Assembly (NCBI RefSeq): GCF_000143415.4
Contig: NW_003314413.1
Coordinates: 1-64,000, forward strand
DNA: 64,000 nucleotides
Source: Selaginella moellendorffii
Lineage: Eukaryota; Plantae; Lycopodiophyta
Direction of reading: 5' to 3'
Shown here one piece after another: positions 61,525-64,000 of the stretch. Within the stretch, counting starts at the first letter, position 1. Each line of letters opens with the position of its first letter. The position numbers were made by a program, and so were the translations under genes. Under the pieces are notes generated by a model. The model was given only the letters and a program-made list of their open reading frames with translations, searched no databases and had not been told where the DNA came from.

Positions 61525-62656
61525 TGTAGCGAACATGGTTTTAACCCTTTATCCTATGGTGATTTACCATAGGATAACACCACGAAACGGAACCTAAACC
61601 CTCTTTGTGCCACGTGACAGATGCCACGTGTCCATGCCACGTGTCCATAGGAACCCGAAGTTCAGGGCCTTGGGCCACTGAACGAAGGAACGGTGCCAAA
61701 CTCCCAAGCACGAAGCCAAGGAGTGACGGAACCGAACCACGGAACAACTCCCGAGCATAAAGCCCAAGGAGCGAAGGGACAGGAGCCCAGAGCGACTTGG
61801 AACAGTCCTGGAGCAACCAGCATCCCAATGCCAGGACCAGCACACAAAACGGAGCCAAACAGAGTCTGGCGCTATTTCGGCATACCGGTGGCCTAACGTG
61901 AGGACATGGGTACTCCACCAACTAGCATGGAATGGAACTTGGGCTTAGACCCAAGCCGAACGCAGAACAAGGACAGGCACGCAAGCGGGAGCTAGACTAT
62001 GCCTCAGGTTGGTCGGCCATGCCCGACCTACCCACTATCCCTACTATACATTTGGAACCCCCCATAGCCCCCCCCCCCTTGAGGAACACACGCTTTGGGC
62101 TTTCACCCCAAGCCTCCCTTAGTATTAGGAGTTAGTCTCTGGGACAAGTTCGAAACTTACTAAATATGGAATGGCGCTAGATTGCGAATTTGGACACGGG
62201 ATGAACACCATTGTGTTCAGGCCGATCTCTACATTCCGTAGATATGCCAAATGAGCAGATCTAGACACTTTCCATAAATAGCATTTGGAACCAAAATGAG
62301 ACTAACACAAAGGGTATGATAGCGAGGGTGTTTGGCAGACACGGTAAGCTATCATCTAGCAATATTGAGGGACCAATCTCAATATTGCGGGGGTTCCCAA
62401 CACTAGCAAGTGCAAGTCAACGAATGAGTTTCTCTAACCAGGTCAAGTATGCTTGACTAAATAGACACTTAGGAATTCCTTCCTTATGCTCATTTGGTCA
62501 AGTGCACACGCGAAGACCAGTTTCTCAACTAGCTTAGGTGGAGACTGATAACGGGCCCAGCAATACCGACCTCCTGCCATCGTGGCAGTAAGGTAAGAGT
62601 GTCCGTAAGGACTAGCCGACAGGTAACTTTCGATACCCGAAGTCACATGCGCGACA
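61525..62656 (-). mobile_element. Solo LTR of family D
   Basis: End-to-end homolog of 19076-20224, TG...CA termini, perfect TSD ATTTT, no PBS or PPT. Confidence 0.93.
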
Positions 62657-62984
62657 ATTTTTTACTTCAAGACCCTAGGGGAAAATATTGTGGCCTAACA
62701 GGCCAGTATATGTACCCCTACTCCCCCCACTTCCATCCTGAAGGAAAAGCCCAAGCCCCTAGGAAGGAGTGAGGACCAATGAGCTGCATGATACTCATGT
62801 GAGCCACCATTCCATATGAGCTGGGAGCACCATAGTCGGCTTCCCTTCCAAGAGTGAGAGCTACTCTTGAGCACTTTCTTGGGTGGCCTCTTTGGCAATC
62901 CATGCTCACTCACCCAAGACCCTCAGTCTTAACCTCAAATCAATTTAAAAGCACCACTAAAGAGTTCTTTCAAAACTAATTTTT

Positions 62985-63240
62985 AGACCTCACTATCCCT
63001 ACTATACTTTTGCAGTCCCCCCCCCCCCCCCCCTTCAAACTTGGCCTCAGACTCAGTCTCAAACTCAATCTTGGACCTAACTTCAGACTCGGTCTCAAAC
63101 CTGGTCTTGGACCTGATCTCGGATCTTGGACTCAGTTTTAAACTCCGTCTTAAACTTGGTCTTGGACTCGATCTTAGACTCAGTTTTGAACTCGGTTTCG
63201 GAGTCAGTTTTTGACTCAATCTCGAACTCAATCTCATCCA
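62985..63240 (-). mobile_element. Eroded family C LTR fragment
   Basis: CCCTACTATACTTTTG followed by decayed hexamer repeats, matching ~18157-18400. Confidence 0.55.
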
Positions 63241-64000
63241 ATGAACTCTTTATTATTCCAATTGTGGTTTCAGGGATCCTTTAGCTTATAACACCTTGGG
63301 GAGTTAGTTCTTTACATAAAAATGAGAATTATAGAGTCATAAATGATTGATATGCCAAGAGGAAAAAACATTAGAGATAAGGAAGAAACACTAGAAATAT
63401 GAGAAGGTGGCTTAAGTCGAGAAATAAAAAAAGGTTAGAAAAGAGCAAAAGGTAAAGAGAAAGGATCAAATGGCAAATTGAAGCTACTCTGTGAAATGTC
63501 CAACTCATCTCCTAAGTTATTTTCATAATAATCAAGTTCTTTATCACAATCCAAAATCCATTTGAGTTCATAAATATTATCTTCCCATAAACTCAATCCT
63601 CAAACATTTTCCAAGAACCAAACTACATAATTCATAACTCGCCAATTGATATTACAATCACACTCCACATCAAAAGGAGATGGTAGAACACCAAGAACAA
63701 AACAAGCCATATATTTACATCCTATGAAAGTTGGAAATAACAATAGACTAAAGATGGATGCAACATTAATATGATCACACCCCATAACACTAAAAGTTCG
63801 ATCCAATAGAATAACATTAGTAACTTCAAGTGACATACTCTTTGATTGATGATGGCGTGGCATAGTAGAAGAATGCAATGAAGATCAGAAGAAGAATAAA
63901 TCTAAGCACAACAATAGTTAAAATTCTAAATCTTGCAAAAAGATAATACAAATTTAGATCTCAAAGATAATGGAGAAATAAAAACAAAAAGCACAATCCC

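Noticed and set aside
63600-63878. 92-aa Cys-containing ORF as a third SWIM copy
   Set aside because: Cys spacing does not fit SWIM and no nucleotide match to copies A or B was seen

Overview
Eukaryotic plant nuclear DNA, most likely a lycophyte such as Selaginella (inferred from PLS-class PPR style, ~50-nt introns, very tight gene spacing and a non-seed-plant-type 5S promoter sequence). It has two N gaps. About 1-30.6 kb is a nested transposon stack that I reconstructed from target-site duplications (TSDs). The base layer is an eroded SWIM-zinc-finger element. Into it are inserted a 10.2-kb non-chromovirus Gypsy element with extra coding regions, a TRIM, and a 5S-rRNA-promoter-bearing (Cassandra-like) TRIM. 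The 5S TRIM holds a decayed Copia-like element, which in turn holds two solo LTRs, a young non-autonomous LTR element and another TRIM. 30.6-39 kb is a small gene island: an F-box gene, a 3-exon putative secreted orphan protein and a PPR pseudogene. 39.5-47 kb is a second SWIM-element copy carrying a short-LTR Gypsy. 47-55 kb holds an inverted, hAT-interrupted PPR pseudogene and a co-oriented PPR / aldo-keto reductase / PPR cluster with only 128-bp and 27-bp spacers. 55-64 kb is AT-rich retroelement debris plus a solo LTR. Most unusual: both SWIM-element copies end in the same terminal motif, and each is followed closely by a degraded inverted duplicate of sequence lying a few kb further right. 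All calls come from manual reading; no searches were run.
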